A stretch of 47,794 nucleotides of DNA from a virus (taxonomy: Duplodnaviria; Caudoviricetes). Within the stretch, counting starts at the first letter, position 1, and every line of letters starts with the position of its first letter. The translations under genes and the position numbers were made by a program. The DNA is taken from positions 1 through 47,794 of the IMG/VR virus record IMGVR_UViG_3300037851_000408; one strand, 5' to 3'. A model generated the notes under the pieces. That model ran no database searches and was not told the DNA's origin. It saw only the letters and a list, made by a program, of their open reading frames with translations. Shown here in pieces: positions 8,528-20,000 of this stretch.

Positions 8528-8830
8528 TTACCTCCAGTATTCAATGTACCTGATTGCGCCAGTCGAACCGTTGCTGGAACGGAAATGCCATTCGCCGTTG
8601 TCGAGGAACGAATCAAGAATGACTCCCGCCCCTGCCGTGATGGGAAGCCCATCACCGCCAGCCACACTGGCGGATGTTGGACCACGGTAGATGGTTTGAG
8701 CGCCCGTGTTGAAAATCTCAATGGCAACCCGAAGGCCGGTTGTGCGTGCGGGGATGCCCACGGTAGATGACCCGCTGACGTTGGTAACGACCGTCGCGGA
8801 ACCGTATGTGCGATTTCGAGCGTATTGCAT
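8528..8830 (-). CDS. small beta-rich virion-type protein
   Basis: AGGAGG RBS; IEIFNTGAQTIY.G pattern. Confidence 0.65.
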   Translation of the reverse strand: MQYARNRTYGSATVVTNVSGSSTVGIPARTTGLRVAIEIFNTGAQTIYRGPTSASVAGGDGLPITAGAGVILDSFLDNGEWHFRSSNGSTGAIRYIEYWR

Positions 8831-8833
8831 TGG

Positions 8834-9019
8834 TCATACCTCCTTCTTCTTCGTTGACCGTTGACGCAACCTGACAGCGTCCAAGTTGTTTGTCAAGTTT
8901 TCGATCTCAAGAAAATGCGTCCCGCCTTCGCTGGACACGGACACCTTCGCCTTGTCGGAGAACTGTCGGAGAACGCCGATGAGTTCTCCGACAGTCTCGA
9001 CTGTGATGGACGCTTTCAT
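8834..9019 (-). CDS. hypothetical protein
   Basis: ATGA-coupled ORF beginning MKASITVETVGELI. Confidence 0.6.
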   Translation of the reverse strand: MKASITVETVGELIGVLRQFSDKAKVSVSSEGGTHFLEIENLTNNLDAVRLRQRSTKKKEV

Positions 9020-9696
9020 CGCGTCCACCCCCGCCCGGCACGGCGGCTGGGGTGTTTGCAACCCCACTTCGGAAGATTTTCCTCGTAGGCCGTCAGGTTC
9101 CGCACAAACCAACCCTCATGCGCCGCGCTCACCCGGCACCCGCACATGCCGCAGAAGGGCACCCCACTGCGCGGGTCAACCTTGAGCATGTCGCATTTGA
9201 GACACGTTTGTTCGCGCTCCACCTTGATTTCATCGGCTACCTTGGGCGCGGTCAGCATGGCTTCTAGAAACGACGCCACTTGAGCCGCAGTCACGGCGGG
9301 CGGCGGCATCAGTAGAGGTACGCCGTTCGGTGGTACACCAAGCTCTTGCGCCAGTCGTATCAGTTCGTTGCGTGACGACACGGCTGCCTGCATGGATGTC
9401 GTCACCAGTTTCACCGCTTCGTCCAGTCGTCCTTTGTCCGTATGATTGAGACTCCCGACGATGTCGATGACCGATTGGGTCGTCTCCGCCAACGGCCCCG
9501 GACGTTGTTGCTTTGGCACCGCCGGTGTCGGCGGGTCATTCACAACCGACGCTTCCTCTAGGTCTTTGATGCGTTGGCGGATTCGTTCCACCACCAACGC
9601 ACGTTTGCTTTCATCTTCGATTTCAACAAGGTGCTGCCGCGCTTGCGCCAGCATTTTGTCCCGCACACTTTCAGGCAGTTGCATTTTTGCGCTCAT
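9016..9696 (-). CDS. protein with C-terminal CxxC/CxxCGC metal-binding domain
   Basis: CLKC...CGMCGC...CKHP. Confidence 0.7.
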   Translation of the reverse strand: MSAKMQLPESVRDKMLAQARQHLVEIEDESKRALVVERIRQRIKDLEEASVVNDPPTPAVPKQQRPGPLAETTQSVIDIVGSLNHTDKGRLDEAVKLVTTSMQAAVSSRNELIRLAQELGVPPNGVPLLMPPPAVTAAQVASFLEAMLTAPKVADEIKVEREQTCLKCDMLKVDPRSGVPFCGMCGCRVSAAHEGWFVRNLTAYEENLPKWGCKHPSRRAGRGWTR

Positions 9697-9708
9697 AATT
9701 TTCTCCGT

Positions 9709-11469
9709 TCAACAGGTGCCGCAAGGTTCGATGGTCAGTTTCATCACCGCCCAATCGGGAGACGGGACGGCATTGGGGAAACTGCCATAACACGGGTCCG
9801 AGCACTCGAACCCGATGGATGGCAAACAAAACGAGGTGTTGCATGAAGTCCACGGGTTGTAAAGCAATGATTGCTCGCAGTATCCCATGTAAGGGGTGCC
9901 ATTTTTGGTGCATAGCGAATACGAGTCGGCGCAAGTATGACAACAGCCGTCAGGATGGTCTTGCCCGTAACACGTCAAACCCCAAATCACGCCAAGATCG
10001 TCGATCAACGCGGCACGCGAGTTCCAAACCGCGCTTGGCGATCCGGGCGGCACGACATTCATGTTGTTGCCGAACAGAAACCAATGCAGGTACACGTTGA
10101 CGCCCACGTTGTAATCGAGGCACGGCCCAAATATGTTCGTGGTCAAACAGTCTCCCAATTCGTTCGCAACGCCCAGCACCACCGTGGCCACCGGCACGTC
10201 GCTCTTGTAATGGCAGACGCCGCCATAACTGTATGCTTGGAACTGGTCATCGCATTCGCTCGCGTCGCTCAAGTATTGGTTGCAGATGTTGAGGTCGCCG
10301 TAAGACGGGTCTCCGCTGGCAAACACATCGTAAGTCTGGAAACACAACGACACCTCATCTTCTTCGGCCACTAACCATGTCCATTCCTTGATGGATAAGT
10401 TGTATTCGTTGCACGATGAACAATTTACCATGCAAGGTTGCTCTCCGTAGATCATCATTTGTTCCGAGTACAACCTGACCGGGAACCGCGAGCAATCGTT
10501 GGGGATGGGGTCGCAACAGTAATTTACGCAGTGGCCGATAAAGTCGAACGTCGCCTTGAAGCTCGACGGCTCGGCAATTCCTTGCCCAACGCACAACGGA
10601 CACTGATACGGGCCTCCGCCGTAAGCGCACGGAATTGTGGGCAACCCCGTGCAAGCGTCGGGATAAATCCAGACATCGTATGGCGGCGTTCCCATTAGCC
10701 ACACCGCCGCATCATCGAAGTCGAACGACACTCCACAGCCGGTTGGCCCGAAACAGTTGTACCCAGACAATGAACTACCGAAAAAATACTTGTCAATCGT
10801 GAGAAACCAAGCCCATCCACTGTAATACTCTAGTGTGTAGGTGAATCCTCCCCATGTTGCGCGGTAGCGCAACATCATCCCGTCGCAATAGTCCAACGGC
10901 AACACATAAGTCCCGTCCATGCAGGCCGAATATCCCGATACGACCACCGTGTACTCTGACGGCGCGGCATCGCCGCCGCATGGACTGCCGCTACATAACG
11001 TGCTGCCGCTTGGTGTGGCGGTCGCATACATGAAAGGGACAGCAACACCGCAACCGAGGGGGTCGAAATTGGAGTCGTAGTACGTGCTGAAACAACTGGG
11101 GTCGATTTCCAAATGCCACTCATTGCACGTGTTGATGCCGTAATTGCATAAACCGGGTCCCTTGCTCACCGTGATTCCATTCGGGCCTCTCCATCTCACA
11201 CCGTAACCATCGCACACGCTGAACGTCAATTCGTATGTCCCGGCTAAGTCGCCTCCGGTCACGACGACCTCCATGCCTGCCGGTGTGCAATCCATGCAGA
11301 AGGCGCATGGCTCGCTGATAAGGTCGATGCGCTCGCAACAGTTGTCGGGAGGCGGAATGTCGCAATCGAGTCCGCCGCCGCAACAACAATCCGAATCAGC
11401 CTCTCTGGATACCTGTCCGTTCTTGATGACGATTTGGTTCGACTGCAACGATAGCTTGTCGTCAGGCAC
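9709..11469 (-). CDS. cysteine-rich tail-region protein
   Basis: About 49 Cys in 586 aa by manual count, N-terminal CCCG, no signal peptide. Confidence 0.75.
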   Translation of the reverse strand: MPDDKLSLQSNQIVIKNGQVSREADSDCCCGGGLDCDIPPPDNCCERIDLISEPCAFCMDCTPAGMEVVVTGGDLAGTYELTFSVCDGYGVRWRGPNGITVSKGPGLCNYGINTCNEWHLEIDPSCFSTYYDSNFDPLGCGVAVPFMYATATPSGSTLCSGSPCGGDAAPSEYTVVVSGYSACMDGTYVLPLDYCDGMMLRYRATWGGFTYTLEYYSGWAWFLTIDKYFFGSSLSGYNCFGPTGCGVSFDFDDAAVWLMGTPPYDVWIYPDACTGLPTIPCAYGGGPYQCPLCVGQGIAEPSSFKATFDFIGHCVNYCCDPIPNDCSRFPVRLYSEQMMIYGEQPCMVNCSSCNEYNLSIKEWTWLVAEEDEVSLCFQTYDVFASGDPSYGDLNICNQYLSDASECDDQFQAYSYGGVCHYKSDVPVATVVLGVANELGDCLTTNIFGPCLDYNVGVNVYLHWFLFGNNMNVVPPGSPSAVWNSRAALIDDLGVIWGLTCYGQDHPDGCCHTCADSYSLCTKNGTPYMGYCEQSLLYNPWTSCNTSFCLPSIGFECSDPCYGSFPNAVPSPDWAVMKLTIEPCGTC

Positions 11470-11854
11470 AGGCGTATTCCTCCGGCAATTCGTTGTAGAG
11501 AACCTTCCACTGGTCGTCGCTCAAGCTGACCAATAGAACAACGGTGCCATTTTCAATGGGCTGGTACTTGATGTTGTCCGATCTATGGAGAAAAACGTCC
11601 AGCGAATTGATTGGCGTGCCGTCATCGAGCAAAACATCGTACAACCATGTGGACGGCGGACCGGAGCTTCCAGAAGAAGCCGTTACCGTTGCCTGTATCA
11701 TCGACACATAACTGACGGTTGTTTCAGTGTTTCCACCGTTAGACCTCGGCGCAAGCGGTTCGTAGGTGTAAATGCGCGGCTTGGTTCTGGCCTCGATGCG
11801 GCGTATATCGCCGACCAGTTCGGCTATTCGTTTGAGTATGGCATCGCCGTTCAT
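11462..11854 (-). CDS. tail tip-associated hypothetical protein
   Basis: Coupled ORF downstream of the hub-like gene. Confidence 0.65.
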   Translation of the reverse strand: MNGDAILKRIAELVGDIRRIEARTKPRIYTYEPLAPRSNGGNTETTVSYVSMIQATVTASSGSSGPPSTWLYDVLLDDGTPINSLDVFLHRSDNIKYQPIENGTVVLLVSLSDDQWKVLYNELPEEYACA

Positions 11855-13758
11855 GACGGGTATCGGAACCTCCGTGTGTCCACAAACCGTTGGGCGAGTT
11901 CCAATGCGTCCGCGCCAATGTGATTGGTCGCCACAAACCCAAGCTCTTGCGTCCGACCGTCAAAGCTGATGCCGACAACAAACTCGTTGCCGGTCAGCCC
12001 CCAATCCGCATCGGATGACTCGATTTTGTCCCCCACATCGAATGATCGCAGGCTGGGGAACGCTCCCTCCACGTTCACGTTCGGTTCGCCAAGTTCATTC
12101 TCGATGCTGTTGGCCAATTCCTCAAGGGGACTCACGCCGTCCACAACCACCCCGGCATACAAGATCACAGTCGGTCGAAACGATGGGCCATCGTCATCAA
12201 GGGTGCCGTAAAAATCCTTGATGTAAGTCCGTTCCCAATCAATTCCTTCGACGCCCAACTCGTTCAGGTCGATGGCTTCATTGTAATGGTATTCCTGATA
12301 GTTGGCACCGGCGTCGGCAATCCATGACAAACAAACCGGCACCGGTATCTCCACGTCCTCGCGGGTCTTGTGAACAAAATCGTTTCGCAACACCGCCACG
12401 CGCCTGTACGATGACGGGAGCGTGCCCCTTGCGGTCGTGGCTGTTGCATACTTTCGGATTTCGGTTTCAATCACCATTGTGGTTTTGGGCGGATGTCCCT
12501 TCGATATTCCAGCTTGGTTAAACTTCTCCGGTTCGACGCTTTCCACAATCTCCCCACGGTCAGCATCGAGCGCCGCCCCGATGGTAAAATGCTGGGCGAT
12601 CATTTCCATGACCGACAACCCGCCCAACCCACATTCGTTTTCCGGGTCAAGATATTGGCCTTCCTTGTCGCGTTTGGTCAACAGTTCCCCAGCAATGGGC
12701 TTGGCCTCGTCCTTTCGCCGGATGTTCTTTCCGCAGTCGTGGTTCTCGTAGATGTCTTTGCGTAGGGCGTGTCGGTACACCGGTTGTTTGGCGTAATTGT
12801 ACCAAGAAATTGCAAAGCCGCTTCCACCCGATGCCGGGGTCGCTTCTGGATTGGGCTGGACCTGTACGCCGCTCACGGCTTCATACCATTCGGTGTTGTC
12901 CACCATGATTTCACGTTGCTGTTTGTTGCCCACGATGTCCACGTGGGTCACGGTGTTCTCGACGCTGCGGTTCACATCGAAGTAACTGGGTTGGTCAAGG
13001 GTGTAATCCGTAGCATTGATGACCGTGGAGGACGGCGGCAAGGTCAGGGTGCGGGTGGAACGCGGCGAACCGCGATAAAAAACGTGGGCGACACTGGCCC
13101 CGTCCACGTACAACCCCGCTCGCGTCTTGGCAAACAGCGCGTCGATGGCGTTGGGCACGGGCATCCCGAACAGGTTGATCTCGCCCAGCTTCGCTTCAAA
13201 CCCGGCGGCTGACGGTATGGTTGGCACGGTGATGTCGTCCACGTACTCCTGCCACAGCCATTCGATTGCCGTCTTGACCGTCCAGTATTCGCCTTCGATG
13301 GCGTCACAATCCGGTTCCTCGCCGGTATCGGCCTTGTTGTAAATGAAGTCCAAAACACCCACTTGCTTGTTGGGTTTGTTGTACTTGTTGAACACGATGT
13401 CCGCGCCCAGCACCTTGATACCGTTCCCGTCCAAGTGCCGTTGACCCACCCAAGTCTTTGAAAGCATGGCGCGTTTGTCTTTTATGGTCAACACGCAGGA
13501 AAGAGATTTTCGACCGGCAGTGTTGCGGATTGACCAGACATGACCGGTGATGTAGGCCGTCCCATTCAGTTTGACCACCGCTTCCTTTTCCTCGTAATCG
13601 GATACGTCGATGTCACGCGGGTCTTGGGTGTGAAGCAAAACACGCGCCACCGATGGTTCGCCCGCACGCAGGGTGCTTTCCATCGAGAGAAGAATGGCAT
13701 CAACCGGCGTGCCGTCGATCTCGACGGTGACTGTTGTTGGTGAAAATGCGGCAGGCAT
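11851..13758 (-). CDS. putative tail tip/baseplate hub protein
   Basis: Second gene after the tape measure, beta-rich; start set at MPAAF just after the upstream stop. Confidence 0.6.
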   Translation of the reverse strand: MPAAFSPTTVTVEIDGTPVDAILLSMESTLRAGEPSVARVLLHTQDPRDIDVSDYEEKEAVVKLNGTAYITGHVWSIRNTAGRKSLSCVLTIKDKRAMLSKTWVGQRHLDGNGIKVLGADIVFNKYNKPNKQVGVLDFIYNKADTGEEPDCDAIEGEYWTVKTAIEWLWQEYVDDITVPTIPSAAGFEAKLGEINLFGMPVPNAIDALFAKTRAGLYVDGASVAHVFYRGSPRSTRTLTLPPSSTVINATDYTLDQPSYFDVNRSVENTVTHVDIVGNKQQREIMVDNTEWYEAVSGVQVQPNPEATPASGGSGFAISWYNYAKQPVYRHALRKDIYENHDCGKNIRRKDEAKPIAGELLTKRDKEGQYLDPENECGLGGLSVMEMIAQHFTIGAALDADRGEIVESVEPEKFNQAGISKGHPPKTTMVIETEIRKYATATTARGTLPSSYRRVAVLRNDFVHKTREDVEIPVPVCLSWIADAGANYQEYHYNEAIDLNELGVEGIDWERTYIKDFYGTLDDDGPSFRPTVILYAGVVVDGVSPLEELANSIENELGEPNVNVEGAFPSLRSFDVGDKIESSDADWGLTGNEFVVGISFDGRTQELGFVATNHIGADALELAQRFVDTRRFRYPS

Positions 13759-13759
13759 T

Positions 13760-14095
13760 TCAAGACCCCGTACCTTGTTGTCTCCATGTGATTCGGTAGA
13801 AGATGCGGTTGGCCACGCGCCCCACGTCCGACCATATTTCCGCATTGACCTTCCAACAGTTTCCAAACGATCCGAGCAGGACAGCGTTGACCGAGGTCGT
13901 CACGGTGGGGTCGCCCTTGTTGGCGCGGATGGTTGATACCATGTCTGTCGTCGCAACGCCCTCTTGGATGATGTCCGGCAGTGTCAGGTTGTAGAGTTTG
14001 TTCACAGAACCGGTGACACCGGGGATGTCGTGGGAAATCACGTTCCCATCGGAATCCTGCAAACGATAATGAGCAGTCAAGATTGGCATGGTCAA
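13760..14095 (-). CDS. distal tail-like protein
   Basis: Immediately follows the tape measure. Confidence 0.55.
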   Translation of the reverse strand: MTMPILTAHYRLQDSDGNVISHDIPGVTGSVNKLYNLTLPDIIQEGVATTDMVSTIRANKGDPTVTTSVNAVLLGSFGNCWKVNAEIWSDVGRVANRIFYRITWRQQGTGS

Positions 14096-17000
14096 CCCAT
14101 CCCATAGTTGGTTTCGTAATTGTATCCGATCATTTCGTCACCAGCGCCGATTGGTGGGATAACGCCGCCGCCTACTCCTCCACCACCACCTGCACCAGCG
14201 CCCCCACCCCCACCACCGCCGCCCCTGTTTTGGAGTGCGCCAGCAGCGGCAATCAACGCTTGTGCCGCCGCATCCAATTTTCCTGCGGAGCCGTCCAACA
14301 AACCGCTGGACGCAATCAAAGATGTTCCTGCGTCCCACAACTCGTCGCTTGTATCGGACAGGTCACTCGCCGATTTGGAAAGTTTTTTGTCAACATCGTT
14401 TTGGGTGATGAGAACTTCGGGGTTCTCTGCGGGATCAACGGATGCCAAATCGTCCGGCTTGCTTGGTTTTCTGGATTGTTCGTCGCGTTCTTTTTGTTTC
14501 CGTACAAGTTCATTGTACAGCAATTCTCGTTGAAGCGCACTCGGACCCTGCTTGTCGTAAATCCCGCGATCTCCAGTTGACTTATCGGAAAACCCCAACC
14601 GACCAGACGAAACCAATTTGGCCTCATGTTCCTCGCTGGCCTTCTCGACGGCTTTCCTGTCATCACCGCGTTTGAAATCGCGTATATCCTGCCGAGCCTG
14701 ACGGCGTTGGCGCGACCGGTCCCGCGAATCCTCCCTGCCGCTTTCGAGAAATTGTTTGTCTTTTAATGCCTCGACACGCTCCTTCTCCACATCCAACTTG
14801 TCAGCTTCTTCCCCTATACGGACATTCAAATCATCGCGTCTTTCGCCCAAGTTGCGTACCGCGTCTAAATTGCCAGCCTTTCGTTCCCTTTCGATTTGCT
14901 TTTCGACATCATCACGTTCTTTGACGAATGAATTGAAAACCGTCTTTTGCAACTGAAGTCTTTCGTTGGCCGCGAACGACAAACGGCCACGGGTTTGCTC
15001 ATTGGTCAGACCAATTCCACTGGTTGCCCTGATTTGGGATACTTCGACATTGCTCTGTAATTGGGAAACATCTGTCCTGCGTTTCCGTTCTGTATTGCGC
15101 TGTTCATCCTGAATCCTGATGGCCGCCTGACGCTCGTTCTCCTGACGACGAAGCAGTTGCTTGCGTTTTTCAATGAGGGTTTCCTCGGATTTATATTGAT
15201 TCTCGGCCAGTTGATTGAGGGCCTGTTTTTCTTGGTCTCCAATGTTGTTGTTCAGATTGTTTTCGGCTTTTTTGATGTTCGTTCGCTGACGCAACAATTT
15301 CAAACTTTCGTCGAGCAATCCGATTTGGATTTCTAGTTGTCGGTTGTCATCACTGAAATCGAGGTCGATGGCCGATTCGGTTGCCTGCAACCGGATTTGC
15401 TCCGATTTCAGCGGGGTGGTTTGAGTCAAGAAATCGCTTTCGGCATAGCCGGTCAACCCACGGAGTCTGCTGAAATCCTCTTGGCGCTGACGAATCTCCT
15501 TGTTGTTATCTTTCAGGTCTTTAACGTACTTGGCATTGGAATCGGACAGAGATTTTAACTGTTTCTCGCCCTGTTCAACGTCTCTTTCGTTGGATTCCTT
15601 GTTGAGTTTCAACTGCCGTTTGCGCTCGAAGAAATCTTTGTTTTGCGCCTCAAACTCTACTTCGTCAATTTCGGTTTTTGGATTTTTGTATAAACGCACC
15701 TTGGCTTCCGCCACGGCCACCGCGCTGTCCGCCTCCGCAATCTGCTCCGGTGTAACGGCAGCCGCCCTTTCATCTTGTCGTTTCTTCAATTCGCGTTCGG
15801 CAAGCCTGATTCTTTCCTGCGGATATGCCTCCCTGCGTTGCTGCAAAACATCTTCCACGTTTTCAAGCTCTCTGTCGATTCCGGCACCATTCTGGCGCAA
15901 GAAATCCAATCCCTGTTTGAACCGGTCAATTTCCTGTTGGCTCTGCTTATCAATGAGTCTCTCTTGGGCCTCGGTGACGCCCTTGAAACTGGTCGCGGTC
16001 GCCGCCTCTGCTTGAATGTCTCCGATGTCGGCTGCCTGCTGGCGCTGCAATAATGATGCGTCAAACCCCTGTTGTTCTTGTCGCAACCTTGCGCTGTCAT
16101 CATAAATCTTCAAGATTCTGCGGTTGCTAAAAGTTCGCGCATTGCCCAATTTGAACTCGGCATTAACATCTTCAATCGTATCTTGAAGCGACAACAGGTT
16201 TTGTTTCGCCAGTGCCTCTTGTTCTTTTAACAGTTCTATCAACCTGTCTTTTGATGATTGCAGCAAGGCTTTATCAATGCCCTCGGATGCCAAGGCGGTT
16301 CCACCCGGAAAAAAGCTGGCGGTCCCGATTGAGCCAGCAACGGCTCCTTGTATCACATTGCGTGTTGCCCTACTCAACGCATCCGGCAACGACAACTGCG
16401 TAATAGGCTTGCCTGCATTGTCGATTTCGGCTTTCAGTTCCGCTATCTGATCGCTCAATGCCTTGGATGGCACCGAGGTTCTTGTAAAGAACGCCGATAA
16501 TTCAGCCACGGATGACTCCAGTGGCGTGAATTGCGGTGCTTCTCGCGTGCCCAGTCCGACGCGGAACGCAGCCCTCGACGCCAACCTCTGCTGTTCTATC
16601 GGCGTCAGCCCCTCGATCTTCGGCACAGACGACTGTATCTGATTGGCCGCCTCTTGCAGCGACGTGCCGAGTTCGTTGGCCAGATTGACGGATGCACGCA
16701 ACGCCGTATTGAAACTGGCGGTGTCAGTGACCATGTTCTTGAGGATTTCACGCGAGCCAGCGAGCGCGTCATCCGGCTTGATTCCAAATGAGCGAAACAG
16801 GCTGGACTGACCCCTGAAAATGTTCGCAGCGGTCGATCCTTGCAGGCCAAGTTTGTTGGCCTCGAAATCAATCAAGCCGCTGCCCCTGTTAATGATTCCA
16901 TTTTCCGCCCTTTTCTCGGATGCAATAACCCCGGCTTGAAGCGCACCCAATATCCCAAACGTGGCCCCTGTCCCACCAAGCGCACCACCGAACAACTTCA

Positions 17001-20000
17001 TCATTAGATCGGGCGCAGCCGTTGCCCCAAGGCCAATGATCGACGACAACGGACCAAACAACGGAAGTTTTTCTCCCGACAGGTTGTTGGCAATCTGGTT
17101 GAACCCTCCAGACACGCCGAACAAAAGCCCAAACCTCTGACCCATGAGCAACTGGCGGTCGAAGTTTTGACGGGCGGATGCCTCGCGCCGTGCTTCGCGT
17201 AGTCTCGCTTCCGACCTGCGCGTATTTTCATCACCAAGTATCTCGGCTTTGGTTGGCTCCCTCGCGCCAAATCCTTGCCTTCCCTCTGCAACGTCCGTGT
17301 AAAACTGCGTCTTGCGCTCACGCACCCTTTCTCTCGCATCTTTTTCAATTTCCTGCTTGCGCCGTCGATGGAACCGTCGCAGTCCTTCCAGTTGTTTTTG
17401 GTACAAATCCTCGTCGGACGACAGGATGGCGTTACGCGCCGAATCGGATATTGGACGCTCGCCAACAACCTTGCGTTGTTCGTCAATACGGTTGAGAGCC
17501 GCTTCGCGCCTGCCATACGGCGTGCGCTTGAGCGTTCGTGCCAACCCCGCTTCTTCGTCCCGGAGTTCCTCGAATGATGCCGCAAGCCTCTGTTCGGGAT
17601 TGAACTCGAATTGTTTCCCCTTGAGTTGGGCAACCTGCTGACCCAGCTTGCGGATAGTGGCAATCAACGGGGCGCGATTTCGCAGGATGCCAACTTGTTC
17701 CGGGTCCAACTGTTCGCCCTCGGCCAGCGACGGCTGTCCAATAGACGTGCGGAGTTTGTTGATCTGGTCGCGCAAGATTTTCGACTTTGGTTTGTCGTTC
17801 TCGATTTTCGCCAGTTGTTCCGCCGCTGTTGGCTGTGCGGTTGCCGTGTTCGCCCGCTTTTCCTGTATGTAGCGGCGCTCCGCTTCACTGAACAACTCCG
17901 GCACGCCGGGCGTCACTCCCTTGATTTTGCCGCCTCCCTCGCGCAACTGGTTGAGATACCCCGAAACGAGTTGTTCCTCGTTGTCGGTGAACTTGCGGAC
18001 CGGCGGAGCAGCGGGAGTCGGCGTTCGCGCCTTGGCTTCTTCTTGATTCTTGATTTGCTCGGCCTGCGCCCGTTCTTCCGCTTCCTTGCGCTGGCGAGCA
18101 ACACCTTCTTGAATCTGATCGAGTTTGGTTTTCTGTTTTTCCGGTTGTGGCACCGGAACGGTTTTGGGCGGTATTCGACCGGTGTTTTCCGCCTCGATCA
18201 TTTGGGCAAGCTCGTCCGGTTTGCGTTCCAATCCGAGCAACTTACGCAATTCTTCGGGCGTCTTTTGGGATGCCGACGCCGGAACCGGTGGCAGTTTGGC
18301 TGGTTCCTGCAACCCAAGAAGTTGTCGCTGTTTTTTGCCCTTTTCCGAGATTGGCTTGCCTTGTTCCGAGATTGGCTTGCGCTGTTCCGGTTCTGGTTCT
18401 GGCTCCGGTGCCGCCGGTGGTGCCTTGGGTGGTTTCTTGGGCGGCACGACCGGTGGTTTCGCGGCCTTTTTAGGCTTTCTTTTTTTCTGTTCTTCGTCGA
18501 ACTCTTTTTTGTCGCGCTCGCCGAACACGTCCGTGGTGGGTTGGGCCTGTGTTGGAACCTCCAACTGGACAGGCTCGACTCCCACTTGCGGTTCTTCAAC
18601 GGTCGTCGTCTGTTGCGATTTGAGATATGCCCTTAATTGACGCGCCTCAACCAGCCTGCGTGCATTTTGTTTTTTGATGTAAGCCTTGTTCTTTCCCTTA
18701 CTCGGTCTCAATGGTTCCTCAAGGCGTTCGGCTGCTTTTTCCACATCCACGTTATTTTGGGAAAGATACGATGCGGTCGCCTCGCCGCGAGCAGCGCGAT
18801 ATACTTCCTTGCGTGCTTCTCTGGCTTTCTTGACCTCCTCGGCCATGCGACTCTCCTGTTCCGCTCGCAGTCGCGCCGCTTCTTGTTTTTTGGATGCCCT
18901 TTCCGTTTCGTCGTCAAGCCGCCGCTGTTGTTGTTCCTTAATTCCAGCGGTTCGTTGTTGCTCGGCTCGGATTTCGTTTTTTTCTTTCGTGCCGGACGCC
19001 CGTTTCATCGCCTCGTCCTGACGCCGGGCCACTTCCGCGAGAGATTCAAGATTGCGCTTCGCTTGGCTTGCGCCGCTTGGCAACTCTGTAACTTGTGAGG
19101 GTTGTTCATTAACAATAGAAAGCGGAGCCTGGGGCTTCAAACCGGCGACGGACGATTTGATTTGAGACAATTTTTGATATTCCTCAATCGCCCTGATTTC
19201 ACGCTGGTCGCGTTCGTAATGCTCCAATGAATATGACCGTTTTGGGTCTAGGAAATTAGGCGCTTTCGTTGAGCGCAACCCTTGCAGATGCGTCCCGACA
19301 TCGCGCCCTGCGCCCTCAAGTCTCTTAACGATTTCCCGTCCCTCGGAAATCAATCTTTCTTGTTCCGTTACAGGGCCGCCAACTTCTTCCAATTCTTTTT
19401 TGTGTAAGTCACGCAGTTGGATTGCCGTACTTAATGCCTTTTTGGGCATCCGAAGTTGGTATCCATGCCGTCCTTTTTGTTTTAATTCCTCAATGCGACG
19501 CCGTTTTTCAGCAACCTTGGCCTCGGCTTCAAGAAGCTGTCTCTGTTTGAAATCAACATCCCGTATGTCTCGCGTCTGAATATCAGCCTGCTGCAATTTT
19601 TCAAAGTGCAACTGTTTTTGTTGCGGCTGAATTGCCGCAGGCGTTAATTCAGGCTGGCGAGTAGGCGGCGATGGTGGTTTTACAGGCTCAAGTTGGCCTG
19701 AATGAAGTTTTGTTTGTTGTCCGGGCTTCCAATCGCTTTTGGATGGTGCTTTCGTAATTTCGATGTTGGCGTTCCCTTGTTCATCGACCTCCAAGACTCT
19801 TGCTTGATGGCTCCCGCTTCGTCCAAAATCCTTGCTGCGTATTTTGACTATGGAATCAGCAGTTAATGGGTCGCCCCCTCCCCACGGCGCTCTCAACGAT
19901 CTTGATTCGTCTTGATGAACGGGCTTCTTTTGCGGCTCCGGCTTTGGCGGAAGGCGCGTGGATTCCTGCTGTAAAACCCGACTCTCAACGCCCGTCTGTT

